A program made the position numbers and the translations under genes. DNA of 64,000 bases from an uncultured euryarchaeote (GTDB lineage Archaea; Thermoplasmatota; Poseidoniia; Poseidoniales; Poseidoniaceae), in NCBI GenBank assembly GCA_937915175.1, contig CALDNA010000057.1, positions 3,328 to 67,327 of the forward strand. Direction: 5' to 3'. Numbering within the stretch: position 1 is the first letter of the stretch; every line of letters starts with the position of its first letter. Under the pieces are notes generated by a model. That model did no database searches and was not told where the DNA came from. It was given only the letters and a program-made list of their open reading frames with translations. Of this stretch, positions 27,909-37,577 are shown one piece after another.

Positions 27909-30900
27909 CAAACAACCGTATCCCCTTCAATCGAGATCAACAATTGGGGCTCGACATTGATCGGCACATCGCCCTTGATGCGGGTGCGGGAACGGGGAAG
28001 ACAACCGTCATGGCTGAACGCTATGTTCAGCACCTCATTGCTTCCCTTCAACGCTCGACGCTCCTCCTTCCCAACGGCCCACGGGAGCCACTCAGTGGGC
28101 ACGGAGCACTGCGGGCGCCCGCACGAGAGCGCACTGAACGCAAGGCGTGGCCGGGCTTGCTACCGAGTGAAGTTGTAGCTATCACCTTCACCAAAAAAGC
28201 AGCATCGGAACTGAAGGCTCGCATTCGAGCGCGGGTTGCAGCGACCCGGAAGTCACCTATTCTCGGCGGCGATGATGTAGGGATATTTGATCCGCGAATA
28301 AGTTCGGAGGCCGACGTCGAGATGCTACTTTCCTCGTTGGATGAAGCCCCGATTTCAACCATCGATGCTTTCCTTTCTCAATTGCTTTCACCCCATCTTG
28401 ACCTTGTTGCGGTCCACCCCAGTCGGGAACAAATTGCGCAAGAGCGAGCACCGCTTTTGGTCGAGGAAGCCCTGCATTCAGCATGGAGAATTCGTACCGT
28501 TGGCGACGCTCAAGAAGCTGGCGTCATGGGGTACGTAAATTCATTCATTGAAGCCAGAAACCGCCTCACAGTTGCCCTTGGAGGCCAAGAGCAGGCCTCA
28601 GTGGTCCTCTCGGGCCTGTTGAACAAATCCTTATTTGTTGAAGAATCAAAAAGGGCCATCGAAGGGCACACACATCGTCTCCACGCCCCATTTGATGGCG
28701 AGACACAACTCCCGGAACAATTGTTTTTGGAGATGTTTTTACAACCGATTGCCGAGGATATCGACGCATTTGCATTGGAAATGCATGGGCTGTTGAATGA
28801 ATACATCGATCACTTTCTTCAACATTCGGCCAGTTATGTGATGCCCGGCGAAGCCCTTGCTAACACCAATGAAACCCGCTTCAACCATCTTCTGCACTTG
28901 GCGCGCCATGCCTTCGATGCCGATCCACTTCATCGAATGCAATGGGTTTGGAACCTTGCGATTGCAGCGGGGGGGAAAATCAAAACCGACGGCACAGCAA
29001 CCACCTTCTTCCCGAACGGGGCATTACCGCCAGCCCGAAACAGCGGCTGGCACCCGGGCTTGCTTCCAAAATCCAAGGCCAAGGGAACAAAAGCGGAAAA
29101 AGACGCAATCAACGCTCAAGCCAAATCGCTCGGAACAGACATGGCCACCTTGCTTAATTCTCAAACGGGCCGCTTGGTTTGCCTTATGGGCCGTTGCGCA
29201 TCTCTGTTCTCTCCAACCATCGAGTCACCTTACCTCCCAGAAGACTGCATCTACAACCTCACCGAACTCGAGGTCGAACTCCCAGAATCGTTAGAGGGCG
29301 TTGGCAAAATCCGTGTGGGGCCTGCTTTGCAATCGCGGGTCCTCTTGGATTTGCTGCGTGTCCATGAGGCGTGCAAGGACATTTTGACACAACTCAAAGC
29401 GCATGAAGGCGTGCATGATTTTGCTGACATCCAGAACCTAGCGGCGGATCTGTTGCTGGCCCGTTGCCCTGACATGGTTCGCTTTGATTATCCAGCACCA
29501 GTGGTCGACGCATTGGACAGCCTTGGCGATGAGCCATGGACCGACCATCACATTTCTCGCGCCCTCACCCTCGCTGGAGACGATGAAGCGTGTGTGGCGG
29601 ATTTGCAACGTAGATTCCACATCCTTCAAACGCTGAGGCGGCAATACAGGGCGTTCATCATCGATGAATATCAAGACACGAACCCAGCTCATTTCAGACT
29701 CCTCGCACGGCTGTGGGGTCATCGCTCACTGCAACATGGAGAACCCGAACGTCCACTTGGGCCATGGGACCCGACGGTCTGCATTGTTGGTGATATGAAA
29801 CAGAGCATCTACCGATTCCGTCAGGCTGAGGTCTCCGTGATGCGAAGGGCAGTAGCGGCAATCATGATGGCCAATGAAATCGAGTTGAGTGAAACCCGTT
29901 GGCCTGCTGATGTTCGTCGCGAAGGTTACGGAAGAGACCCTCGACCAATCGGGGCCGGCGGTGAAACATCTGCGTTCATTTCAGCTGATGCGCTTGAACC
30001 ATACGAAACGACATCACAGGCGTGGCGGCACGTCAGCCTTGGCGAAGATTTGGACGACTATGCACCTGAGTTTTCAGGCAATGAGCGCCAGCGTGCCCGA
30101 GGGCTTGGTTTGATCGACCTCACCAGCAATTACAGAACGAAACCGAACCTTCTTCACACCATGAACGGGATTTTCCGCGATGTGTTCAATCCCCGCCATC
30201 ACCTGCTCCCGGGCAACTGGCATGCTTCAGCGCAAGACCTTGTGGCAGGGCGAGGGGAAGAGGACGCACCTGGTGTCATCGAATGGTTGATGCCTTTAGC
30301 AGCTGAAGAACGTGAGCGTTCACAAGATCTCCTTGTCCCAGTGGACGCCTTTTCGAATCCAAAATCCAAAGACGTTCACCTCGAACACGAATTAATTGCT
30401 TCTCGCCTTTCAGCGTTGCTTGCTGGCCAACCAACGCGTGTTTGGAGCGCATCGAGCCGGACCTACGAACCAGTCGATGCACAAGAAGCACCAGTGGATG
30501 CTGCAGATGTCATGATTTTGGTTCATTCAAGAACCCACGTACCCGACCTTATCCGGCGGTTGCAAGCACGAGGAATACCTGTCGTAGCGGACCGACAGGG
30601 CAGCCTCCTTGGGCGACCAATCGTTCAACCGCTGATGGCAGCATTGAATCTGATTGCAAACCCGGATTCTCGAGCAGGAGCGCTCGGACTCGCCCGCTCC
30701 CCAGTGCTCGGGTTTAGTGATGCACATGTTCAAACGATGATGGATCAACCCGTCGAGGTCGATTGGTGGCATCATCTTCAGGCGCATGCACCAAATCCAA
30801 CTGTCGCTTCCCTCATTGCTCACTTGGGGGGACTCGTTCGCCAAGGGGCTTTGTACGAAGTTCTCGATGCAGTTCTCGATCACTCCGACCTTCTCGTGGC

Positions 30901-32893
30901 CTTCCCAGAGGATGCCGACCGACAAAACGCAGAAGCATGGTATGCGTTGGCTGCTTCCATTGGCAACGAACTTGGTCACGAGGCCGCAGCCATCCATGAA
31001 CGAATGGGCGAACTTCAACGACTGAAGCACAAAGGTCCACCAGCAACAACCGTGCCGGCTGGTGGGGCAGTGCGCATCATGACGGTTCACAACGCAAAGG
31101 GGCTCGAAGCGGATGTTGTCTTTGTCGCCGGGCTGTTCAAGGCAGGCGCTTCGGATACGAGGCTGAACACAAAAGAAAACGTTCTAGTTACGCCCCAAAT
31201 TATCGCAGGCCGAATCAATCCTTGGCGCTCCCTAGATCGCCCGCAAGACGGTTTGTGGGAATTCACCCTTCAACTCGACAAGGCACAGACACAGGCAGAA
31301 CGCCGTCGTTCGTTTTACGTCGCATTGACCCGCGCCCGCGACCGCTTGATCCTTGTTGGATCTCATACCAACAAAGCCTCAGTGAGCGGAACGGGGCATC
31401 TCGAAGTCAGCACAACGGCATCAAAAAGTACCATGGGTGGCATGTGGCTTGAAGGATTACGAAGCCTGTCTCATGAGGCGGGTGCAGAGGGTTCGCCTTG
31501 GTTGCTGGCGAAAGATTTGGACGGCACCGAACTCGCTCCTTACGACAAGAGAACCCTCTCAGTCGACCCCTTTGCTCTGCTTCATGATGCGCAGTTAGGA
31601 GAACATTCAGTCGCTTCGCTTCGACTCTACCACCACCCAGATTGCTTCGCTCCCGCCACTGCAGTCACGCCGCTGCAAGAATGGCAAACCATCGAACAGA
31701 GGATTTCAGATCTTGTGGTTCAACCAGCAGCGGAGCAACCCCTTCTTCGGGTCAAAGAAACGGTTCGCATGACCGCCCACGGCTTGGACACCAGTAAGAA
31801 TTGCAGGCGCCGACACTGGCTTTCAGAAATCAAAGGGTGGGTGCCTGAACAACTCAATTTGATTGGCCTTGCAACGGAAGGCATCGCTTCAACAGGCCGG
31901 TTCGCACCGGCCACGGTGTTTGGAACCATGATGCACCGATTGGTCGAACTTGGGTTGGCAAATCCGTCAAAAGCCGCTCAACCACACGCAGTTCCACTTC
32001 CAAAAGCCTGGCAGTTTGACGGAGAAGACGGATTGGACAATGAAGGCATCATCGAGGTTGTGCTTGGCGAAGAAGGCTATGGAGGAGATGGCTCTGATGC
32101 GGACAACCGCGTGGGACAAAACACAGGAAAGCGGATGGCTCACCTCGGTACATTGGTTCGTCAGGGTTTACTTGGCCGATGGGCCGATGGAGAAACCCAC
32201 CGCGGATTTACGGTTGAGGGACTTCGTACAGAACTGCCCTTCTATCATCGCCATGAAGTGTCCGTGGACGGGCTTGAACGTTCTCAATTTGGAGCCTCTG
32301 GTCCAACTCAGAACGCTTCCATCGAGGGCCTGACCTTGGTGTTCGATGGGCGAGCTGATCTCGTGATTGCGCTGCGCAATGAGAGCGGCCAGGGCTTTCT
32401 GCAGGTTGTGGATTTGAAAACAAGGGACTGCCGTGACGGTTTCAATTCAAAAAATCCATCCGCAGGAACGCCACTCCAACAGTATGTGGGTGATGTGCTG
32501 GACCCAGTGGCGTCAACCGAGGCGGAACGGGACATGCTGCATGAACATCGCTTGCAACTCACTTTGTATTCGCTCGCTCTTGAAGCGATTGAACAACGCA
32601 AGCCCCTCGAGGATCGTCGAACACTTCTCCCACCCGCATTGCTTGTTGGGGCCTCTGGGCGTTTGATTCAATTGTCGCCCGAAGCGTTCGAAAAAGCCCG
32701 AACCGATCTTGCTGATCAACTCGAATGGATTGGCCATCTTGCGGCAGTTCCAACCTCCATCGAGGAACCGCAACGCTTGGAAGAAGAGGCTTCAGAACCA
32801 TGTCAAACCTGTCCGTTTTTCACTGGCGCAATACGGTTGTGTGGCCCAGTGGGCCAGCCACTTGGCCTCCAGGTTCCAGAAGTTGACGATTAG
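27905..32893 (+). CDS. AddA/UvrD-family SF1 helicase fused to a C-terminal PD-(D/E)XK nuclease that is also flanked by 4 Cys
   Basis: Walker A LDAGAGTGKTT, motif II FIIDEYQDTNPAHF, VGDMKQSIYRFRQA, TSNYRT, motif V TVHNAKGLEADVVFV and motif VI FYVALTRARDRLILVG. Nuclease motifs are KNCRRRHW (Cys at 31802), FGTMMHRLVE, GRADLVI...VVDLKT and LQLTLYSLA. CQTCPFFTGAIRLC is at 32801-32842. The ATG at 27905 overlaps the upstream stop (ATGA). Confidence 0.85.
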   Translation: MTNNRIPFNRDQQLGLDIDRHIALDAGAGTGKTTVMAERYVQHLIASLQRSTLLLPNGPREPLSGHGALRAPARERTERKAWPGLLPSEVVAITFTKKAASELKARIRARVAATRKSPILGGDDVGIFDPRISSEADVEMLLSSLDEAPISTIDAFLSQLLSPHLDLVAVHPSREQIAQERAPLLVEEALHSAWRIRTVGDAQEAGVMGYVNSFIEARNRLTVALGGQEQASVVLSGLLNKSLFVEESKRAIEGHTHRLHAPFDGETQLPEQLFLEMFLQPIAEDIDAFALEMHGLLNEYIDHFLQHSASYVMPGEALANTNETRFNHLLHLARHAFDADPLHRMQWVWNLAIAAGGKIKTDGTATTFFPNGALPPARNSGWHPGLLPKSKAKGTKAEKDAINAQAKSLGTDMATLLNSQTGRLVCLMGRCASLFSPTIESPYLPEDCIYNLTELEVELPESLEGVGKIRVGPALQSRVLLDLLRVHEACKDILTQLKAHEGVHDFADIQNLAADLLLARCPDMVRFDYPAPVVDALDSLGDEPWTDHHISRALTLAGDDEACVADLQRRFHILQTLRRQYRAFIIDEYQDTNPAHFRLLARLWGHRSLQHGEPERPLGPWDPTVCIVGDMKQSIYRFRQAEVSVMRRAVAAIMMANEIELSETRWPADVRREGYGRDPRPIGAGGETSAFISADALEPYETTSQAWRHVSLGEDLDDYAPEFSGNERQRARGLGLIDLTSNYRTKPNLLHTMNGIFRDVFNPRHHLLPGNWHASAQDLVAGRGEEDAPGVIEWLMPLAAEERERSQDLLVPVDAFSNPKSKDVHLEHELIASRLSALLAGQPTRVWSASSRTYEPVDAQEAPVDAADVMILVHSRTHVPDLIRRLQARGIPVVADRQGSLLGRPIVQPLMAALNLIANPDSRAGALGLARSPVLGFSDAHVQTMMDQPVEVDWWHHLQAHAPNPTVASLIAHLGGLVRQGALYEVLDAVLDHSDLLVAFPEDADRQNAEAWYALAASIGNELGHEAAAIHERMGELQRLKHKGPPATTVPAGGAVRIMTVHNAKGLEADVVFVAGLFKAGASDTRLNTKENVLVTPQIIAGRINPWRSLDRPQDGLWEFTLQLDKAQTQAERRRSFYVALTRARDRLILVGSHTNKASVSGTGHLEVSTTASKSTMGGMWLEGLRSLSHEAGAEGSPWLLAKDLDGTELAPYDKRTLSVDPFALLHDAQLGEHSVASLRLYHHPDCFAPATAVTPLQEWQTIEQRISDLVVQPAAEQPLLRVKETVRMTAHGLDTSKNCRRRHWLSEIKGWVPEQLNLIGLATEGIASTGRFAPATVFGTMMHRLVELGLANPSKAAQPHAVPLPKAWQFDGEDGLDNEGIIEVVLGEEGYGGDGSDADNRVGQNTGKRMAHLGTLVRQGLLGRWADGETHRGFTVEGLRTELPFYHRHEVSVDGLERSQFGASGPTQNASIEGLTLVFDGRADLVIALRNESGQGFLQVVDLKTRDCRDGFNSKNPSAGTPLQQYVGDVLDPVASTEAERDMLHEHRLQLTLYSLALEAIEQRKPLEDRRTLLPPALLVGASGRLIQLSPEAFEKARTDLADQLEWIGHLAAVPTSIEEPQRLEEEASEPCQTCPFFTGAIRLCGPVGQPLGLQVPEVDD

Positions 32894-33513
32894 CGATTTT
32901 GCTTTCGTCCAATCATCACGAGCGTGCCAACAAAATCCCCGCTTGCCGCAGCTCGATGCATCTCGACTTCCACAAATCCAGCGTCAACCATCGCTTGTTC
33001 CCACTGCGCTTCGCTGAGCAAACTCATGTGGACGTTGAGCGCTGCAGGCCATCCGTGGCTGTCTTCGTTTTCGAGGTAATGATCGACGCCTGCCACCAGA
33101 ACGCCTTCCTCATTCAACCACTCATCGTGCAACGATTTGAGCATTGAAATCGGGTCGTGGAGGTAATACAAGAACTCCATTGAATGAATTAAATCAAAAC
33201 GCTCTGAAGGCTTCCAATGAGGTAATTTAGCCATGTGGAACTCGCCATCACCGAGGGCCTTAGCTTTTCGAATCATGGCTTCAGAACCGTCAACGCCAAC
33301 TGCGTGGGTGCAACCTTCAATCGCTTCAATCGCCCTGCACACCCAACCGTTACCGCATCCAACATCAATGGCGGAAAAAGGTGAAGAAGTTTTGGCTAAA
33401 GCCATGTCAAGCATCTCGCCAACAGAGGCGGCGTGACCCTTTTCCATGCCCAAGTCTTTGTTTTTATCCGCCCATTCAGAGAACACATCGGTTGCGGGTC
33501 GTACGGCCATCAT
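32890..33513 (-). CDS. Class I SAM-dependent methyltransferase
   Basis: Motif I AIDVGCGNGWVC, post-I VGVDGSEAMI and motif II-like FDLIHSMEFLYYL. ATG at 33513/33510 is preferred over the longer ORF. Its stop overlaps the AddA-like stop (TTAG). Confidence 0.75.
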   Translation of the reverse strand: MMAVRPATDVFSEWADKNKDLGMEKGHAASVGEMLDMALAKTSSPFSAIDVGCGNGWVCRAIEAIEGCTHAVGVDGSEAMIRKAKALGDGEFHMAKLPHWKPSERFDLIHSMEFLYYLHDPISMLKSLHDEWLNEEGVLVAGVDHYLENEDSHGWPAALNVHMSLLSEAQWEQAMVDAGFVEVEMHRAAASGDFVGTLVMIGRKQNR

Positions 33514-33562
33514 CTTGCCCTTGCTCGGCGTTCTTTCAACATGTCCCTTGTACGAAAGGCAC

Positions 33563-34549
33563 ATGCATGGGCGTTTCTTGGCCGAAGCCATGCTGGACAC
33601 AACCACAACACTGGACGACGTGCTCTTTCCCCCGATTGAAACCTATGATTCAGGCACGCTGCAGGTGACCGATCTCCATACAATCGCCTGGGAGAAATCA
33701 GGAAATCCAGAAGGTGCACCCGTCGTTGTGATCCACGGTGGACCGGGTGGCGGTGGCCAACCCGCTTACCGTCAATACTTTGATCCAAGCAAGTTCAACA
33801 TCATCCAATTCGACCAACGAGGCTGTGGCAAATCAACCCCGCATGCCGAACTTAGGGACAACACGACGCAAGCCATGGTGGCTGATATCGAAGCACTCCG
33901 AGTTTCGTTCGGCATCGAAACATGGCATGTGTTTGGAGGCTCCTGGGGCTCAACGCTTTCATTGATTTACGCACAAACTTACCCAGACCGCGTCATCAGT
34001 TTGGTTTTACGAGGCATTTTTATGTGCAGAAAAAGCGAATTGCATTGGTTCTACCAAGACGGAGCCAGCCATATCTTCCCTGATGCGTTTGAACCATACC
34101 GAGAACACATCCCAAAGGCTGAGCAAGCCAACTTAATCAAAGCATATTACGCCCGTTTAACAAGCGACGACGGCGATGTTCGCCGGGCCGCAGCAAAGCA
34201 ATGGACGCGCTGGGAGATGGCCACAAGCAGGCTTTTCCCAGATCCGTCATACCTCGAAAAAGCCGAAGATTTAGATTTCGCAGTGGCCTTCGCTCGGATT
34301 GAATGTCATTACTTCATCAATGCTATTTTTGTCGAGGAAGCTCACATCCTCAATCATGCTTCAATTATCGCTCACATACCAACGGTGATCGTCCAAGGGC
34401 GTTACGATGTTGTGTGCCCGGCACGAAGCGCATGGGAGTTGCACAAGGTGCTCCCAAACAGCAGTTTGGTGATGGTGGCTGATGCGGGACATTCGATGGG
34501 GGAAGTCAGCATTGCCCGGGAATTGGTCAAGGCCACAAACGCTCTCTGA
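33563..34549 (+). CDS. pip: Prolyl aminopeptidase (proline iminopeptidase)
   Basis: PVVVIHGGPGGG, FDQRGCGKSTP, nucleophile VFGGSWGSTL, RGIF and C-terminal VADAGHS. Colinear with Pip. Start is ATG at 33563 or 33590. Confidence 0.88.
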   Translation: MHGRFLAEAMLDTTTTLDDVLFPPIETYDSGTLQVTDLHTIAWEKSGNPEGAPVVVIHGGPGGGGQPAYRQYFDPSKFNIIQFDQRGCGKSTPHAELRDNTTQAMVADIEALRVSFGIETWHVFGGSWGSTLSLIYAQTYPDRVISLVLRGIFMCRKSELHWFYQDGASHIFPDAFEPYREHIPKAEQANLIKAYYARLTSDDGDVRRAAAKQWTRWEMATSRLFPDPSYLEKAEDLDFAVAFARIECHYFINAIFVEEAHILNHASIIAHIPTVIVQGRYDVVCPARSAWELHKVLPNSSLVMVADAGHSMGEVSIARELVKATNAL

Positions 34550-34657
34550 GCGGGAACGAACCCGTAATTTCACGCCCTTTTACAGGCTCGGTGAGGCGTC
34601 GTCTTGATAGGGTGGAGTTAAGTGGACTCGCATGGAGGCTTACCTCCCGGTGATACC

Positions 34658-35464
34658 ATGACTGAAGAAGGGACCGTCACGCCAGAGATTCGAATTCAAC
34701 AACTCGAGGAAGAACTTGCTACTGAGACAGACCGTCTACAGAAGTTGTTCGCAGCCTATGAAGCGGTCGAGAAGGACCTGTTTGATTCACGAACTGAAAA
34801 TGAAGTCCTCGAAAAGGAAATCATCGAACGTGAAATCGAAAAGGAAACCCAAGAAGCACTCCTCAATGAACGCGAAATCCGCGTTCGTGAACTTGAACTG
34901 CGGGCTGTCAAAGCCGGCAAGCAAGTCGAGCACCTCAAGCCTGAACTCGAGAAAATGGAAGAGAAGTACTCCCGTGAAAAGGACCGCCTCGGCAAGGTGT
35001 TTGGAATCGCAGAGGAACTCGATAACGACCTCCGATTAGCTGTTTCAGAAATGAAGGCTCGTGACGACTGGTACGTCGATCACATGCAAATTTTCGAAGA
35101 CCTCAACAAGGCCATCAAACAGCGATACGAAATGATCGAACGGGCTGTTGAAGCCGAGCGCAAGTCCCAACACATGTCCCGTGCGTTCACAGAACGAATG
35201 GACGACATGGTCGAGGCGCGTGCAGCGGACATGACCATTGAAGAAGCCGAGCAAACCTCAGCCGAAGGCGACTCAGCATCCGTTGAAATCGTGGGCGAAA
35301 GCGCTGTTGAAGATCTTCTTGACGACGGGAAACTCAACAACAGCAACACCGCAGCACCGGCTGCGGAAGAAGACGCACCTGAAGCAACCGAGGCTAAGCC
35401 AGCTGAAGCAACAGAAGCAGATGCTTCCAGTTGGTCAGATGGCGAGGACCCTTGGGCAGAGTGA
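34658..35464 (+). CDS. Acidic coiled-coil protein of unknown function
   Basis: Heptad-like E/K/L-rich sequence (IQQLEEELATETDRLQKL...EKEIIEREIEKETQEALLNEREIRVRELELRAVK) and an acidic Ala/Glu tail ending SSWSDGEDPWAE. It lies 9 nt upstream of the psd-like gene. Confidence 0.6.
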   Translation: MTEEGTVTPEIRIQQLEEELATETDRLQKLFAAYEAVEKDLFDSRTENEVLEKEIIEREIEKETQEALLNEREIRVRELELRAVKAGKQVEHLKPELEKMEEKYSREKDRLGKVFGIAEELDNDLRLAVSEMKARDDWYVDHMQIFEDLNKAIKQRYEMIERAVEAERKSQHMSRAFTERMDDMVEARAADMTIEEAEQTSAEGDSASVEIVGESAVEDLLDDGKLNNSNTAAPAAEEDAPEATEAKPAEATEADASSWSDGEDPWAE

Positions 35465-35473
35465 GGCGTTAGC

Positions 35474-36322
35474 ATGGGTGTGTTGGCCCACGGAGGCCAC
35501 GCGCCGGTTTTGATTACCTTCATGATGGGCGTAAGTTCCATCATTGTTGGAACGCTTATCGATCCAATCAGCGGGCTTGTTCCTTTGTTTGGCATGCTTT
35601 GTTTGATGACATCAGCCTTTTTCGTCAACTTTTGGCGCGACCCCGACCGTCCGATTCCAAAGGCACCGGGGATTTTGGTTTCGCCCGCAGACGGCCACGT
35701 GATGTTCATCCGTCGAGAACGAGCCACAGGGCGAAGACCATCTCGAAAGGAAATCGATTCTGGGCGCATTGAACACGACGAACTCACGGGTGAATGGGCG
35801 CCTGAACCATGCAAGGATCCGCTGGAGTTTGAAACTGAACAACGGTTTGAAGCGGTGCCTGAAGGCGAAGAAGAGGCTCATGATGTGATTCGAGTTGCGA
35901 TCTTTATGTCGCCACTCGATGTTCACGTGAATCGCTCTCCGCTTGCCGCAACCATCGAACGGATGGAACACCGAACCGGAAAAGGCCTGAAGCGCGGGCC
36001 CTTTCGCCCGGCGTACAAGAAAGAAAGCCAGTACAATGAACGCGTGCGAACCGTGTTCATCACCGATGATGGTATGCGGATCGAAGTCAATCAAATCTCA
36101 GGGGCTTTAGCTCGAACCATTGTACCATGGAATGGAATCGGCGACCCAATGCGCCGAGGCCAGCGGTTTGGAATGATCCGCCTTGGTTCTCGAGTTGACA
36201 TAAGGGCGCCTGCCGAGGCGTTCGAGCCAGCCGTTGTTTCCGCTGAAGCGAACGATCCTCTTCATCCGAAGGGGCAATTCGTACAAGCAGGCGCCTCGAT
36301 TTTGTTTCAACCTAGGCCTTGA
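35474..36322 (+). CDS. psd: Phosphatidylserine/archaetidylserine decarboxylase proenzyme (short type, with an internal acidic insertion)
   Basis: N-terminal TM segments, SPADGHVMFI, IFMSPLDVHVNRSP and the self-cleavage-type motif GMIRLGSRVD. About 60 extra residues lie between the ADG and MSPLDVH motifs. Confidence 0.75.
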   Translation: MGVLAHGGHAPVLITFMMGVSSIIVGTLIDPISGLVPLFGMLCLMTSAFFVNFWRDPDRPIPKAPGILVSPADGHVMFIRRERATGRRPSRKEIDSGRIEHDELTGEWAPEPCKDPLEFETEQRFEAVPEGEEEAHDVIRVAIFMSPLDVHVNRSPLAATIERMEHRTGKGLKRGPFRPAYKKESQYNERVRTVFITDDGMRIEVNQISGALARTIVPWNGIGDPMRRGQRFGMIRLGSRVDIRAPAEAFEPAVVSAEANDPLHPKGQFVQAGASILFQPRP

Positions 36323-36378
36323 GCCGCGTCGGTGGTTTCAAACACACTCGGCCAGCCAGTCAAACAAGGGGGGCTTCG

Positions 36379-37545
36379 ATGTCGAATCAAAAATCACTCA
36401 CGTTGGTTGGCGAAGGCAACAAAGGTGCCCGAATTCATGATTTGGTCAAAGCGCCCGCCAACACACCTTGGGCAAAGGCAAAACAACAGTCTTGGGATGC
36501 AAGCGAACCAGCAACGGTTTACTACACGCCCGAAACACTTGCTGATGGAACGCCTTGCAGCGCCGTTACTGTGATTTTGAGAACCAAAGGCTGCCATTGG
36601 TGGTGGTCGAGCGGTTGCACATTCTGCGGTTACTTCAACGATACGAGGGACGATGTGACAAACGAAGATTTGCACGCCCAATGGGCCTATGCTAAGACGA
36701 AGTTTGATGATTTCAAAGAACACGCTATGGTCAAGGTTTACACCAGCGGTTCATTGCTTGAGGACCGCGAAATACCAGTGCCGTTCCAAGAAACGGTCTT
36801 GCGAGACTGCCAGGAACTTGGAAAGGAACTGATCGTTGAATCGAGGTGTGAGCAACTCACGGAAGAAAAGTTGGCATGGGCAACATCGATCAACACAAGT
36901 TTTGCAGTAGCGATTGGTTTGGAAGCCTACGATGATGAAGTTCTTCGCTTCCACGTCAACAAGGGCTTCACGACCAAATCTTGGGACAGAGCGGTAACCA
37001 ACTTGAAGAAATTCAACGTTCGCGTGAAGACTTACCTCATGTTCAAGCCTCCATTCATGAACGAAGCCGATGCCCTCCTGCACGGTGTAAAATGGATTGA
37101 AGCGGTTGCCGACCGAAGCGATGAGATTTCAGTCAACCCGATGAACATCCAACGCGGGACCATCATCGACCGCTTGCATCGACACAATGAGTATCGGCCT
37201 CCTTGGTTGTGGTCGCTCGTTGAGATGATTCGAAGAGCCCATCCGACCATTCACCCCAAAGATACTGGAAACGGCGGCGAGGGCCAAATCAGCCGTCTGA
37301 TCATTCATCCCACTGCAGGCGGACGGGTGCGTGGCGCTCACAACTGCGGTTCATGTGACGCAGAAGTTGTTGCAGCCATCGAACGCTACGCAGTTTCTGG
37401 CGACTTACAAGAATTCCATGGGTTGTCGTGCGATTGTGAAAAAGCATGGGCCGAAGAGGTCGCATTGGAGCATGCGCTACCAACTCCGTTGGGCATTTCG
37501 AAACCTCGTCGAGGCAACCTGTTGGATGCGCTTCGAGCCCCCTGA
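36379..37545 (+). CDS. Radical SAM protein, TIGR01210/RaSEA-like (possible archaeosine-pathway partner)
   Basis: RTKGCHWWWSSGCTFCGYF cluster motif (36592-36627), Elp3/MiaB-like core (VKVYTSGSLL, IVESR, IGLEAYDDEVL..VNKG, VKTYLMFKPPF) and C-terminal Cys pairs. Family assignment is from memory of the motif pattern. Confidence 0.5.
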   Translation: MSNQKSLTLVGEGNKGARIHDLVKAPANTPWAKAKQQSWDASEPATVYYTPETLADGTPCSAVTVILRTKGCHWWWSSGCTFCGYFNDTRDDVTNEDLHAQWAYAKTKFDDFKEHAMVKVYTSGSLLEDREIPVPFQETVLRDCQELGKELIVESRCEQLTEEKLAWATSINTSFAVAIGLEAYDDEVLRFHVNKGFTTKSWDRAVTNLKKFNVRVKTYLMFKPPFMNEADALLHGVKWIEAVADRSDEISVNPMNIQRGTIIDRLHRHNEYRPPWLWSLVEMIRRAHPTIHPKDTGNGGEGQISRLIIHPTAGGRVRGAHNCGSCDAEVVAAIERYAVSGDLQEFHGLSCDCEKAWAEEVALEHALPTPLGISKPRRGNLLDALRAP

Positions 37546-37577
37546 TTGGCTCCCAGCAATCCGTCTTATCCCTCGTT

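Noticed and set aside
30527-31090. 187-aa antisense ORF inside the AddA-like helicase gene
   Set aside because: The sense frame carries conserved SF1 helicase motifs here. The antisense product is Cys/Trp/His-rich and looks random.
35080-35814. 244-aa antisense ORF spanning the end of the coiled-coil gene and the start of the psd-like gene
   Set aside because: It has a Ser/Ala/Arg-rich low-complexity sequence that mirrors the Glu/Ala-rich sense strand. It has no motifs and overlaps two well-supported sense genes.
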